Below, piece after piece: positions 52,890-62,358 of a stretch of DNA of 64,000 nucleotides. The DNA lies in contig CAVUSO010000001.1 in the NCBI GenBank assembly GCA_963744145.1, forward strand, positions 704,001-768,000. The letters run 5' to 3'. Within the stretch, counting starts at the first letter, position 1; each line of letters begins with the position of its first letter. The notes below the pieces were generated by a model. It was not told where the DNA came from and did not search any database. It saw nothing but the letters and a program-made list of their open reading frames with translations. This DNA comes from an uncultured cyanobacterium. Its GTDB lineage: Bacteria > Cyanobacteriota > Cyanobacteriia > Cyanobacteriales > CAWUOF01. Position numbers and translations under genes: made by a program.

Positions 52890-53209
52890 ATGTGGGGAAA
52901 TTTTTCCAAGGAGTTTCCTTGATGACCGCGATCGCTCTCTATCCGCTATGTCAAAATTAGCAAAATCAGAGGTGATTATGCCTTTTAGCACTTATAAAAC
53001 AATCAGTGCAGTTCTTAAAGAATTTCAAGTTACTTACATTGAAGCAAACTTGATTATAGAAGCTGAATTTAATATCTCTGACTATTTTCGAGAAGATTTA
53101 GAAATAGTGATGCAAGACGGTGCAGTGAACTATTCCGAATTTGCAATTTGTGAAAATCTGATTTATCCAGTGTTAAAGGAAGTTTGGAAGCAGTATCGCC
53201 ACAATTTTA
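52890..53209 (+). pseudogene. Diverged duplicate of 49873-50191 (antitoxin 3' end plus 5' part of the PD-(D/E)XK gene), cut by an IS end
   Basis: Colinear at offset 3017; homology stops right before GTAAGCGTTCA at 53210. Confidence 0.85.
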
Positions 53210-53360
53210 GTAAGCGTTCACGGAGTGGAAAAAGAAAGCAAAATACCCCCCAATGGAATTCCAGCAATTTTCAAGTAAATCGCCAGATCACAGCCGGACG
53301 AATAGCTCTTTCTGCCGCATTATTAGTGGGTTCAACCCCAACAGTAGTCACAAATAACCT
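53210..53360 (-). mobile_element. IS66-family remnant (terminal repeat plus transposase C-terminal fragment)
   Basis: Minus strand 53357-53280 reads LFVTTVGVEPTNNAAERAIRPAVIWR (IS66 TNN.AER.IR motif); IS66-like end GTAAGCGTTCA at 53210-53220. Confidence 0.8.
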
Positions 53361-53420
53361 GATAAAACTTGCCGCGGGGATTTTTTCATTTTGCATCTGG
53401 GGATTTGACTGTAACTAAGA

Positions 53421-54005
53421 TTACCAAATCTTACTCATATTCAGAACAAATCCAGGTAAAATTGGATCGCCGCTAACTGTAGCAGGATTTTCTAAACATT
53501 CCTCTGGCAAACCTGGGCGGTAAATATAAACTCGCCGATTTTTCCGGTCAATTAACCAGCCTAACTTTACTCCCGGTTCCCTCATGTATTCTGCCATTTT
53601 TTCTTGTAAAGGTTTCAAGTTATCAGAAGCCGACCTGAGTTCTACTACAAAATCGGGACAAATGGGAGCAAATTTTTTCTGTTGTTCTAGGGATAAAGTA
53701 TTCCATCTTTCCAGTTTAATCCAAGCAGCATCAGGGGATCTTTCTGCACCTGTTGATAGGGTAAATCCGGCACTGGAACTAAAAGTTATACCTGTCCCAT
53801 CTTGTTCTGACCACACCCACAGCGGCCCAAAGATATTGCCTTCTCGATTTCCTGTTTCTGATCCTGTGGGGGGCATAATTAGCACTTCTCCTAATTGATT
53901 TCTTTCAATTTGTAAGTCGCGATTAATTTGGCAGAACTCAAAAAACTCATCGGCTGTCATTTGCAGTTTCGGCGGCATTCTTAATACTATCGGAGATGAG
54001 AGCAT
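53421..54005 (-). CDS. Uma2 family PD-(D/E)XK endonuclease, copy A
   Basis: MPPTGSETG, SPDAAW, PDFVVELRS, LGWLID, LPGFVL. Confidence 0.92.
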   Translation of the reverse strand: MLSSPIVLRMPPKLQMTADEFFEFCQINRDLQIERNQLGEVLIMPPTGSETGNREGNIFGPLWVWSEQDGTGITFSSSAGFTLSTGAERSPDAAWIKLERWNTLSLEQQKKFAPICPDFVVELRSASDNLKPLQEKMAEYMREPGVKLGWLIDRKNRRVYIYRPGLPEECLENPATVSGDPILPGFVLNMSKIW

Positions 54006-54049
54006 GGTGATTTCCTCCTTTAAAATATTTTTATTTGAGCATGATTTGT

Positions 54050-54634
54050 TTACCAAATCTTACTCATATTGAGAACGAATCCAGGTAAAATTGGATCGCC
54101 GCTAACTGTAGCAGGATTTTCTAAACATTCCTCTGGCAAACCTGGGCGGTAAATATAAACTCGCCGATTTTTCCGGTCAATTAACCAGCCTAACTTTACT
54201 CCCGGTTCCCTCATATATTCTGCCATCTTTTCTTGTAAAGGTTTCAAGTTATCAGAAGCCGACCTGAGTTCTACCACAAAATCGGGACAAATGGGAGCAA
54301 ATTTTTTCTGTTGTTCTGGGGATAAAGTATTCCATCTTTCCAGTTTAATCCAAGCAGCATCAGGGGATCTTTCTGCACCTGTTGATAGGGTAAATCCGGC
54401 ACTGGAACTAAAAGCTAGACCTGTGCCATCTTCTTCTGACCACACCCACAGCGGTCCTAATATGTTGAATTCTCGGTTTCCTGTCTCTGATCCTGTGGGG
54501 GGCATAATTAGCACTTCTCCTAATTGATTTCTTTCAATTTGTAAGTCGCGATTAATTTGGCAGAACTCAAAAAACTCATCGGCTGTCATTTGCAGTTTTG
54601 GCGGCATTCGTAATACTATCGGAGATGAAAACAT
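54050..54634 (-). CDS. Uma2 family PD-(D/E)XK endonuclease, copy B
   Basis: Near-identical tandem duplicate of copy A (period 629 bp). Confidence 0.92.
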   Translation of the reverse strand: MFSSPIVLRMPPKLQMTADEFFEFCQINRDLQIERNQLGEVLIMPPTGSETGNREFNILGPLWVWSEEDGTGLAFSSSAGFTLSTGAERSPDAAWIKLERWNTLSPEQQKKFAPICPDFVVELRSASDNLKPLQEKMAEYMREPGVKLGWLIDRKNRRVYIYRPGLPEECLENPATVSGDPILPGFVLNMSKIW

Positions 54635-54818
54635 GGTGATTTTCTCCAATTAAAATTTTGAGAGAGGCGATTATACTAAATCTGGTTCTATTACCGCCTT
54701 TGGAACGAACCGCTAAGGCGCAAAGGACGCAGAGGGAAGAGGAAGAGCAATATTGGGGGTAATGGTGGAGGATTTAGTGTTAATCGCGCCTCTACTTCAG
54801 TTTAACACAAGGGTGTTG

Positions 54819-55319
54819 CTATTTATTCGGCTGAAGAGTCATCCGCAAATAAGGTTTAATTACTTCATAACCTTTGGGAAATTTCTCTTTCAGTTCTTCG
54901 GGATCTTTGATGGAGGGGACAATTACGCAATCTTGACCGTCTTTCCAGTTGACGGGGGTAGCAACGCTATATTTGTCTGTAAGTTGTAGGGAGTCAATTA
55001 CTCGCAAAATTTCATCAAAGTTACGACCTGTACTCGCCGGGTAGGTAATTGTTAACCGCAGTTTCTTTTGGGGATCAATAACGAAAACTGTACGGATAGT
55101 TAGGTTATTCAAAGAGTTCGGATGGATCATGTCATAGAGGTCTGACACTTTTTGATTTGGATCGGCTAAAATGGGATAATTTAAGCTAAATTTTTGGGTT
55201 TCTTCGATGTCTTTAATCCAACCTTTATGGGACTCTTCATCATCAACACTAACCGCGATAGTTTTGACGCTACCTTTGTCAAATTCTGCTTTGAGACGGG
55301 GGACTTCCCCTAGTTCGGT
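54819..55319 (-). pseudogene. 1-Cys peroxiredoxin (Prx6), 5'-truncated
   Basis: Frame reads TELGEV...SVDD..SH..W..DIEE...YPILAD...YPASTGRNFDEILRVIDSLQ...ATPVNW. The N-terminus including the PVC peroxidatic Cys is missing. Confidence 0.88.
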
Positions 55320-55329
55320 GAGTCCATCA

Positions 55330-55527
55330 GGTTAAGCGTGTTGATAGCTCATATCCTGAAGCGGATGTATGTTAACAGTTCTGAAAATTTCAATGGATGG
55401 GAAGTAACTATTATAGAGCAACGCCAACAAATTAAAGGATTATGGCAAGACTCTCCCAGTTTAAAACCTTACTTCACCCAAATATTTACAGAAGTGTATA
55501 TTGATGCTTTAGACATTGTTTCTGTTG
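55330..55527 (+). pseudogene. Internal DUF29 fragment
   Basis: Near-identical to 52572-52769; no proper start or end. Confidence 0.85.
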
Positions 55528-55680
55528 CGTTTTTTCCAAGAGCAAGGGGAATTGATAATTTTGCCAGAAGAAATGCAGCAACAAATAGAACAGGAACGGC
55601 AAAGAGCTGATCGAGCTGAACAAGAATTAGCCAAACTGCGATCGCAATTGCGTGATCAAGGTATTAAAGAAAAAGGTTAA
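55525..55680 (+). pseudogene. 3' tail of a Uma2-type gene (coiled coil)
   Basis: LRFFQEQGELIILPEE...EQERQRADRAEQELAKLRSQLRDQGI resembles cyanobacterial Uma2 tails. Confidence 0.6.
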
Positions 55681-55684
55681 GACC

Positions 55685-55714
55685 TACTTTTTACCAATCC
55701 GGTCTGCTAGATTA
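55685..55714 (+). promoter_or_regulatory. Shared type III operon promoter/operator, copy 2
   Basis: TACTTTTTACCAATCCGGTCTGCTAGATTA, 11 nt before the csm1 ATG. Confidence 0.7.
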
Positions 55715-55725
55715 ATTGAGGAAAA

Positions 55726-57996
55726 ATGGGTATGGGATCTCACGATATAGCTTTACGAGTGATGCAAGAATCTGTAATGGTTTTAGCTACATGGACAAAT
55801 ATCAAATTGGACTTTCCAAAAATCCAAGAATCTGAAGCGGTAGAAAAAGCAAAAGATTATCTGAATTGGCCAAAAATGGGAGAAGATCAGATTCAACCTT
55901 TACGTCTACTATTCGACTTTGTTTATTTTCCTCAAGATGGGGGAAAGCAGACAAAACCAGAAAATTACTATCCTGTGTGTGCGATCGCCGATTCTGATCC
56001 TGTCATTCCCTATCCCTTAGAACAAAAACCTGATTTAACGGAGTACAAAAAACTTGTCAAAACTGAATTAGAAAGACTTAACTCAGCAGATTGGCAAAAC
56101 TTGCCACTTCTCAGCTTATTTATCGAAAAATATGGTTCTTGTCTGAGCTTTGGTGAATCAGATATTGCCTTAATTGATATGGCTCGATCTACCGCTGCGG
56201 TTGCTGCTGCTTTGGTCGATAATCCTGAAGCCGATCAAATTGCTTTAATTGCTGGTGACTTATCAGGAATTCAGAAATTTATCTACACTATTTCTTCTGA
56301 TGGTGCGCTCAAGTCGTTACGAGCGAGAAGTTTTTATTTAGAATTAGTTGCTGAGGAAATTGTCCAGCAGCTTTTATATAGTCTGAAATTGCCCCGTACC
56401 AGTGTTATCTATGCGGGCGGAGGAAATTTATATATATTAGCACCTGCGAATCAGAATACTAAAAACACTGTTGACCAATTACAATCAACTTTCAACCAAT
56501 GGTTGAAAAACAAATTTCAAAACAAAATATTTTTAGCACTTACTATTTCTGCTCCTTTTTCTGCTCAAGATGTAGCTACTAATCAATTTGCAGAACATTG
56601 GAATAACGCAATTAAAAAAGTTAATCAGCAAAAAAATCAAAAATTTATAAATCAAATTGATACTTTACTTAAAATTAAGGTAAGTTACGAACAAAAATGT
56701 CGGGTTTGTCATCGTGATGATACAACAAATTTAAAAGAATTTGAAAATGATGAAGGTGAGTTAATAGTCCAATGTCCAATTTGCAAAAAAATGGCTCAAT
56801 TGGGGAGCCAATTATTTCAAACAAAAGTGGTTGTAAGATCGCGTCGTAAAGACATACCAGGTAAATTAGGAAAAATCTCTTTTCAATTTGCTCACTATTA
56901 TCTTTTTGAGAATCAAGACAATTTGCCAGAATTACAAGAGGAAGAAATAGTATTATTTATAAATAATTGGGAGACTAAAAACTATCATTTTCAAAATTCA
57001 GTTTCTTTCTTTTTGGGTAACTATGGTAAAAAAAGTGAAGAAGAAGAACCAAAATTTATCCGAGCTAATGAAATGGCAAAAAAAGCAAAAGGGATTAAGC
57101 GAGTTGGTTATTTACGGATGGATGTAGACAACTTAGGTAAAATTTTTGCGAAAGGGTTAGGGAATAAGCACTCTTTACTTAGACTAACAGGACTTTCTCG
57201 TTTGATGACCTATTTCTTTAAAGTTTATCTGAATAGTTTGGCAAAAGATCGCTGTGCCAATTTACCCGAAGGAGCAAAAAGTTTAGACTCAGGCGATCGC
57301 CCAAATTTATTATTTATTTATGCAGGAGGTGATGATTTATTTATCAGTGGCTCTTGGAATGAAGTAGTAGACTTTGCTTTTGATGTTTATCAGTCATTTC
57401 GAGCATATACAGGCTATAATACTGATATTACTCTTTCCGGTGGAATCAGCCTAGCAGATTTCAAATTTCCTCTTTATCAAGCAGCAGATGAATCAGGGGA
57501 TGCTGAAAAAAAAGCTAAAGGAAATGGTCGAGATAGTTTAGGATTATTTGGAGAGGTGTTTAAATGGGATGAATGGCTTGGAATGAATAATGTGAACGCG
57601 ATCGCTTCGGAAACTAAAACTTATCTGAAGTCTGAAAATATGCCTAGCTTATTTGGTATCTTACCTCTTGTAAGACTCTACCATATAAACAATAATCATT
57701 CCCATAGCTTTGTCAGAAACCTACTGGTTACAGCTCAATTACAAGATCAAATGATTAAGGAGATTAAAGAAGAACGAAAAAACCGAGATTATATAGATCA
57801 AGAGCAAGATATTCGCTACTATTTACATTTACCCAAAATTGCTTATACTTTGGCACGACTTCCTAAACAAGTTCTGGATGATGATGAGTTTCGTAAGTCA
57901 TTAAAGAATCCATATAATGCACCTTATTTTCGGGCGATCGCCACTTGGATAGAATTACTTAACCGCAAGGAAAGCCATGACTCAAACAACAACTAA
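55726..57996 (+). CDS. csm1: Type III-A Cas10/Csm1
   Basis: GDLSGIQKFIY, KSLRARSF, CxxC..CxxC, MDVDNLG, YAGGDD; HD domain appears degenerate. Confidence 0.95.
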   Translation: MGMGSHDIALRVMQESVMVLATWTNIKLDFPKIQESEAVEKAKDYLNWPKMGEDQIQPLRLLFDFVYFPQDGGKQTKPENYYPVCAIADSDPVIPYPLEQKPDLTEYKKLVKTELERLNSADWQNLPLLSLFIEKYGSCLSFGESDIALIDMARSTAAVAAALVDNPEADQIALIAGDLSGIQKFIYTISSDGALKSLRARSFYLELVAEEIVQQLLYSLKLPRTSVIYAGGGNLYILAPANQNTKNTVDQLQSTFNQWLKNKFQNKIFLALTISAPFSAQDVATNQFAEHWNNAIKKVNQQKNQKFINQIDTLLKIKVSYEQKCRVCHRDDTTNLKEFENDEGELIVQCPICKKMAQLGSQLFQTKVVVRSRRKDIPGKLGKISFQFAHYYLFENQDNLPELQEEEIVLFINNWETKNYHFQNSVSFFLGNYGKKSEEEEPKFIRANEMAKKAKGIKRVGYLRMDVDNLGKIFAKGLGNKHSLLRLTGLSRLMTYFFKVYLNSLAKDRCANLPEGAKSLDSGDRPNLLFIYAGGDDLFISGSWNEVVDFAFDVYQSFRAYTGYNTDITLSGGISLADFKFPLYQAADESGDAEKKAKGNGRDSLGLFGEVFKWDEWLGMNNVNAIASETKTYLKSENMPSLFGILPLVRLYHINNNHSHSFVRNLLVTAQLQDQMIKEIKEERKNRDYIDQEQDIRYYLHLPKIAYTLARLPKQVLDDDEFRKSLKNPYNAPYFRAIATWIELLNRKESHDSNNN

Positions 57997-58546
57997 AGCT
58001 AAACTCACTTTTGAAGAATACCTCAGCTATGACGATGGTACAGATAACCGCTATGAATTGGAAGATGGAGAATTAATTTTAATGAACCTACCAACATTTC
58101 ATCATGCTTTCATTATTAGATTTTTGGCAAATAAGTTTGAGTCAGAAATTACGCGGCTTAATTTACCTTGGCTGACGTTGCAGGGTATAGGAGTCAGAAC
58201 ATCGATCAATCGCTCTAGGATTCCCGATTTATGCGTAATTACCCGCGAACAAATTTTAGAAAACCTTGACGTACCCGCAGTCATTGAATCTGCTGCATTG
58301 CTAGCAGTGGAAATTGTCAGTCCTGAATCCAAAACTAGAGATTATCGGTTTAAACGTTCTGAATATAGTGTAGTGGGAATTCCTGAATATTGGATTGTCG
58401 ATCCAGCCGAGCAAAAAGTTACTGTTCTGAATTTAGTGGAGGGATTTTATGAACAGATAGAATTTCGAGGAAATGAGAGAATTGTTTCTCAGACTTTCCC
58501 CGAATTGGTGTTAAATTTAGAACAGGTATTGCAAAGCAATTTTTAA
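57977..58546 (+). CDS. Uma2 family endonuclease inserted between csm1 and csm2
   Basis: LTFEEYL, RYEL.DG, RIPDL, VEIVSP, DY..KRSEY, GIPEYWIVDP. Confidence 0.92.
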   Translation: MTQTTTKAKLTFEEYLSYDDGTDNRYELEDGELILMNLPTFHHAFIIRFLANKFESEITRLNLPWLTLQGIGVRTSINRSRIPDLCVITREQILENLDVPAVIESAALLAVEIVSPESKTRDYRFKRSEYSVVGIPEYWIVDPAEQKVTVLNLVEGFYEQIEFRGNERIVSQTFPELVLNLEQVLQSNF

Positions 58547-58576
58547 CAGAACTTAAGATATTAACCAGGAATAAAT

Positions 58577-59035
58577 ATGGGACCAGAAGATAAACACTCT
58601 AAACCTATACCGAAGATAGATGATGATATTGTAGCAGTAATGGTCAACAAGATTGATAACTTGAAATTGGGCTTAAAAGAGTATAAAATTCGCGACTTAG
58701 TTGACCATACAGAAAAGCTAGGAAAAAAACTCGCTGATAATGGCTTAAAAACCAATCAAATTCGCAAATTTTTAGATGCTGTCAACCGTTTTAAGATTAA
58801 ACAAACGGGCAAATCTGAACTTTCCGAAGAAAGTCAAGATGAATTACACATCTTAAGATACCAATTAGCCTATGCTGCGGCTCGACAGCAAAAGGTAGTC
58901 GAACCTTTAAAAAAAGTCTTAGAAGTAGCGATTAAACAAGTAAAAGGGAAGGAGTTAGAAAACTTTAACCGTCTTGTTCAACTTATTGAATCAGTAGTTG
59001 CATATCATAAAGCAGCAGGAGGAAAAGACCAATGA
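58577..59035 (+). CDS. csm2: Csm2 (Cas11)
   Basis: TNQIRKF, LAYAAAR, ESVVAYHK. Confidence 0.93.
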   Translation: MGPEDKHSKPIPKIDDDIVAVMVNKIDNLKLGLKEYKIRDLVDHTEKLGKKLADNGLKTNQIRKFLDAVNRFKIKQTGKSELSEESQDELHILRYQLAYAAARQQKVVEPLKKVLEVAIKQVKGKELENFNRLVQLIESVVAYHKAAGGKDQ

Positions 59036-59988
59036 CCATATCAACGATTGATAAACCCCAGAGACAATTACTCGGAAAGCTTCACTTTAAAAGTATTATC
59101 TTAGTTGAAACTGGACTTCATATTGGAGGAGGTAGTGAAACTTTAAACATTGGTGGACTCGATAAACCTGTTATACGCGATCCAATTACTCGGCACCCCT
59201 ATTTACCTGGTTCATCAATTAAGGGAAAACTGCGTGCGATTTTAGAAAGGTTACTAAACAAACCTCTAAATCGACCCGGTGGTAGCGGAACTTATCGCTA
59301 TGAAAGCGGTGATTTAGTTGATGGAATTGTAGAACTAGGCGGACAATATATCAATTTTCAAGGTGCAAGAACTTGTGAATTATCACGCATTTTTGGTTCT
59401 ACAGGAGTAAAATGTTATATTGAAACAGAGATCGCTCGTCAAGAGGGGTTACTTGATAATAAGAGTGAGAAAAAGTTGATCAATAACAAAGAATATGTCA
59501 ATGTTATAGGTCGTAATTTCCCAGGACGATTAATTGTCAGGGATGCTCATTTAGAGGAAGATTCAGCCAAACAACTAGAAAATATTGATACTGGTTTGTA
59601 CATGACTGAATGGAAGTTTGAAAATGGAATTGATCGCATCACAGCACTAGCCAATCCCAGACAAGTAGAGCGAGTTCCCAAAGGAGCAAAATTCAAGTTT
59701 GAGCTGGTTTATACTGTTGAAGAGGCTAGTCAAGCACTAGAAGATTTGAGGAATATTCTTCGTGCAGTTTTAGTTTTAGAAGATGATGCTTTAGGTGGAC
59801 ATGGTTCTCGCGGTTACGGAAAAATTAAGTTTCAAAATCTAGATTTTTGTTATCGAGATTATGCAGGAATTCACAAAGCAGGAAGTGGTGTACTCAGTTT
59901 ACCATCATCAAATAAAGTATCAGAAATTAATGATACTACGCAGTTACCAGATAAATTTAATGAAATTCAGAAACTTTTACCAAGGTAA
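59032..59988 (+). CDS. csm3: Csm3 (Cas7)
   Basis: TGLHIGG, IGGLDKPVIRDP (catalytic Asp), PGSSIKGKLR, KFENGIDR, LGGHGSRGYG. Confidence 0.95.
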   Translation: MTISTIDKPQRQLLGKLHFKSIILVETGLHIGGGSETLNIGGLDKPVIRDPITRHPYLPGSSIKGKLRAILERLLNKPLNRPGGSGTYRYESGDLVDGIVELGGQYINFQGARTCELSRIFGSTGVKCYIETEIARQEGLLDNKSEKKLINNKEYVNVIGRNFPGRLIVRDAHLEEDSAKQLENIDTGLYMTEWKFENGIDRITALANPRQVERVPKGAKFKFELVYTVEEASQALEDLRNILRAVLVLEDDALGGHGSRGYGKIKFQNLDFCYRDYAGIHKAGSGVLSLPSSNKVSEINDTTQLPDKFNEIQKLLPR

Positions 59989-59996
59989 AGCAAAAA

Positions 59997-61040
59997 ATGA
60001 GTGAGTGGAAATTATTTAAGCTGAAATTTGGACGCACTCCCGTTCACTTTGGCGAATTGGGAATTGGGATGGAAGAAACAAGCGATCGCATCCACTCAGA
60101 CACGCTATTTAGTGCTTGGGTGAGTGCTTACGCTCGGTTATTCGGGCAAATTGCTGTTGAGGAACTATTGCAAAAATTCCAGAATGAAAAAGAACCACTA
60201 TTTCGATTGAGTTCTACTTTTATCTATCAGCAGATCGACAAGAAAACTATTTATTATTTACCTCGTCCTTTCAAACGTCCAATAAACTATCCAGAGCAAG
60301 ATTTTGAATTTGCTAAAGAGTATAAAAAACTGAATTACTTACCCTTGGAAGTATGGCAACGTTGGTATCAAGGGGAAGGATGGATAAATACGGATCAACA
60401 AGAACTTGAAGCTAAAGCTAAAAAGAGAGAAATCCAGCCTAGAAAACTGAAAGAAGTAGGTACTTTTGATTATAGTGAAGCGGTCAAAAAGAGTAAAGTT
60501 CCTAAAATTGCAGTCGATCGCATTACCAGAGCAACTAATCTCTACCACACGACATTTGTTCAATATCAAGAGAATGCAGGTTTATATTTTCTGGTTCAAT
60601 TCCATGACACAGAATTTGAACATAAATTTTTGAGTGTCTTAAACTTTCTAGGTGATGAAGGAATTGGTGGTGAACGTTCTAGCGGTGCAGGACAATTTGA
60701 GGTTGAATCTGGCGAAATTTCTGATTGGCAACAACTGATTAAGTTTGATCAGGGAAATTTGTATAGTTTGATCAGTTTATTTTGGGAAAATCCTCTTGAT
60801 CCTGACTTGCTAGCTCAAGAATCTAGTTATGAATTACTGCGTCGAGGGGGATGGATTTCCTCTTCTCCTTCAGGAAATCAGCGTCGTCGTAAGTCAGTAC
60901 AAATGTTTGCTGAAGGTTCAGTTTTTCCAGTTAAACCTAAAGGTAAGCTTGCTGATGTAACACCCGAGCATTTTCAAGCTCATAGTGTTTATCGCAGTGG
61001 GATTAGTTTGAGTTTACCAATTAAAGTATTAGTTGAGTAA
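59997..61040 (+). CDS. csm4: Csm4 (Cas5)
   Basis: PVHFG, HSDTLFSA, LGDEGIGGERSSGAG, RGGW, FAEGSV. Confidence 0.95.
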   Translation: MSEWKLFKLKFGRTPVHFGELGIGMEETSDRIHSDTLFSAWVSAYARLFGQIAVEELLQKFQNEKEPLFRLSSTFIYQQIDKKTIYYLPRPFKRPINYPEQDFEFAKEYKKLNYLPLEVWQRWYQGEGWINTDQQELEAKAKKREIQPRKLKEVGTFDYSEAVKKSKVPKIAVDRITRATNLYHTTFVQYQENAGLYFLVQFHDTEFEHKFLSVLNFLGDEGIGGERSSGAGQFEVESGEISDWQQLIKFDQGNLYSLISLFWENPLDPDLLAQESSYELLRRGGWISSSPSGNQRRRKSVQMFAEGSVFPVKPKGKLADVTPEHFQAHSVYRSGISLSLPIKVLVE

Positions 61041-62331
61041 AATTATGATTTCTACTTCTGAAGATGCTCTGGTAAAACCAGAGATTTACGAAACAAAACG
61101 CATTCATCTTACCAGTCCAATTCTGCATATAGGTTCGGAAGTTTCTAAACTCAGTCCGTTTGAATATGTACAAACCGATAGTCAAGTTTACCTACCAAAC
61201 CAGGAAGCTTTAGCTAAAGCATTATACCAAAGAGGAAAGTTACAGGAATATATTCACAGACTTGAAAATCGACAAGAAATTACTCCTTTGTTAAAAGAAG
61301 CGTTTGGAGATAATTGGCAAAATGAAAAACTTAATGGAGCAGCGATTTTTCCCAAAACTAAAATTAGTCATAAGTGGACAGCAGAAAAAATTACCGATTT
61401 ACGTCCAATGATTCGCAATGGATTCGGACAACTATATATTCCCGGTTCTTCAATTAAGGGTGCTATTCGGACAGCGATCGCTTATCATTTGCTCACCCAT
61501 CCCAATCAATATAATCTTCCCTCCTCTGTTCGAGTGAGTGAAATAGAGAAAAAATTGAGAGAAAAAATTAAAACAGGAGAAATCGCTCGGAAAGCTAAAC
61601 AAATAGCTCTTGACGATCAACTGTTTATGGATTCTCTATTCACTGAATTTGAAATCGCCGATCGAGACAATCTAAAATTTGGGCCGAATACTGATTTTAT
61701 GCGAGCAATCAAAGTGACGGATTCTCAGCTTTTACTAGAGAAAACTAAAACCATTAAAGAAGGCAAAAAAATAACAGTTAACTCACCAATAGTAGCTGAA
61801 GTAATGGTTTCTAGTAAACTAGCTGATCACAAAGCAAAATATCGGGCGTCTATTTATGCTGAAATGGTAAGAAATGTCAGCACGACCTTTACCATCAGCT
61901 TAGACCAAAAAATGTTAGACAGTTTTCATCATATTCAAGGATTAAAAATTCCTTTTCAAAATATTGATGAACTCTTAAGAATTTGCCAAGAATTTGCTCA
62001 ACATCAGTGGGACGCTGAACATGATTACTGGCAAGATATTAAAGATAATCATTATCAAGAAAAAAATTTATACTTTGAAGCAATTCGTGAATTTTATGAA
62101 ACTATTAAATCTCCTTACAGTTTGCGGTTAGGTTGGGCTAGTGGAATGAGAGGTACTACAGTTAATTTATGTCTCAGTGATGAAGTAGTTGAACAAATTC
62201 GGGATAACTGTGGTATTATGGCTCCTGGGTTTGAAGCACCTAAATCTAGACGTACAGTAATTAACAATAAAGGAGATGTTAAGTTTCCTCTTGGATGGGT
62301 AAAATTTAATATGTTAAAAGGTGTCGTTTAG
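61033..62331 (+). CDS. csm5: Csm5
   Basis: SPILHIG, YIPGSSIKGAIRTA, LRLGWASG, PKSRR, PLGWV. Confidence 0.93.
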   Translation: MSKIMISTSEDALVKPEIYETKRIHLTSPILHIGSEVSKLSPFEYVQTDSQVYLPNQEALAKALYQRGKLQEYIHRLENRQEITPLLKEAFGDNWQNEKLNGAAIFPKTKISHKWTAEKITDLRPMIRNGFGQLYIPGSSIKGAIRTAIAYHLLTHPNQYNLPSSVRVSEIEKKLREKIKTGEIARKAKQIALDDQLFMDSLFTEFEIADRDNLKFGPNTDFMRAIKVTDSQLLLEKTKTIKEGKKITVNSPIVAEVMVSSKLADHKAKYRASIYAEMVRNVSTTFTISLDQKMLDSFHHIQGLKIPFQNIDELLRICQEFAQHQWDAEHDYWQDIKDNHYQEKNLYFEAIREFYETIKSPYSLRLGWASGMRGTTVNLCLSDEVVEQIRDNCGIMAPGFEAPKSRRTVINNKGDVKFPLGWVKFNMLKGVV

Positions 62332-62358
62332 TTTCATCATCAGAAATTTAGTAGGAGC

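Noticed and set aside
52948..53418. 156-aa ORF as a real gene
   Set aside because: Chimeric read-through from a truncated nuclease copy into the antisense strand of the IS66 remnant.
55338..55610. 90-aa ORF as a real gene
   Set aside because: Internal DUF29 fragment running out of frame into a Uma2 tail.
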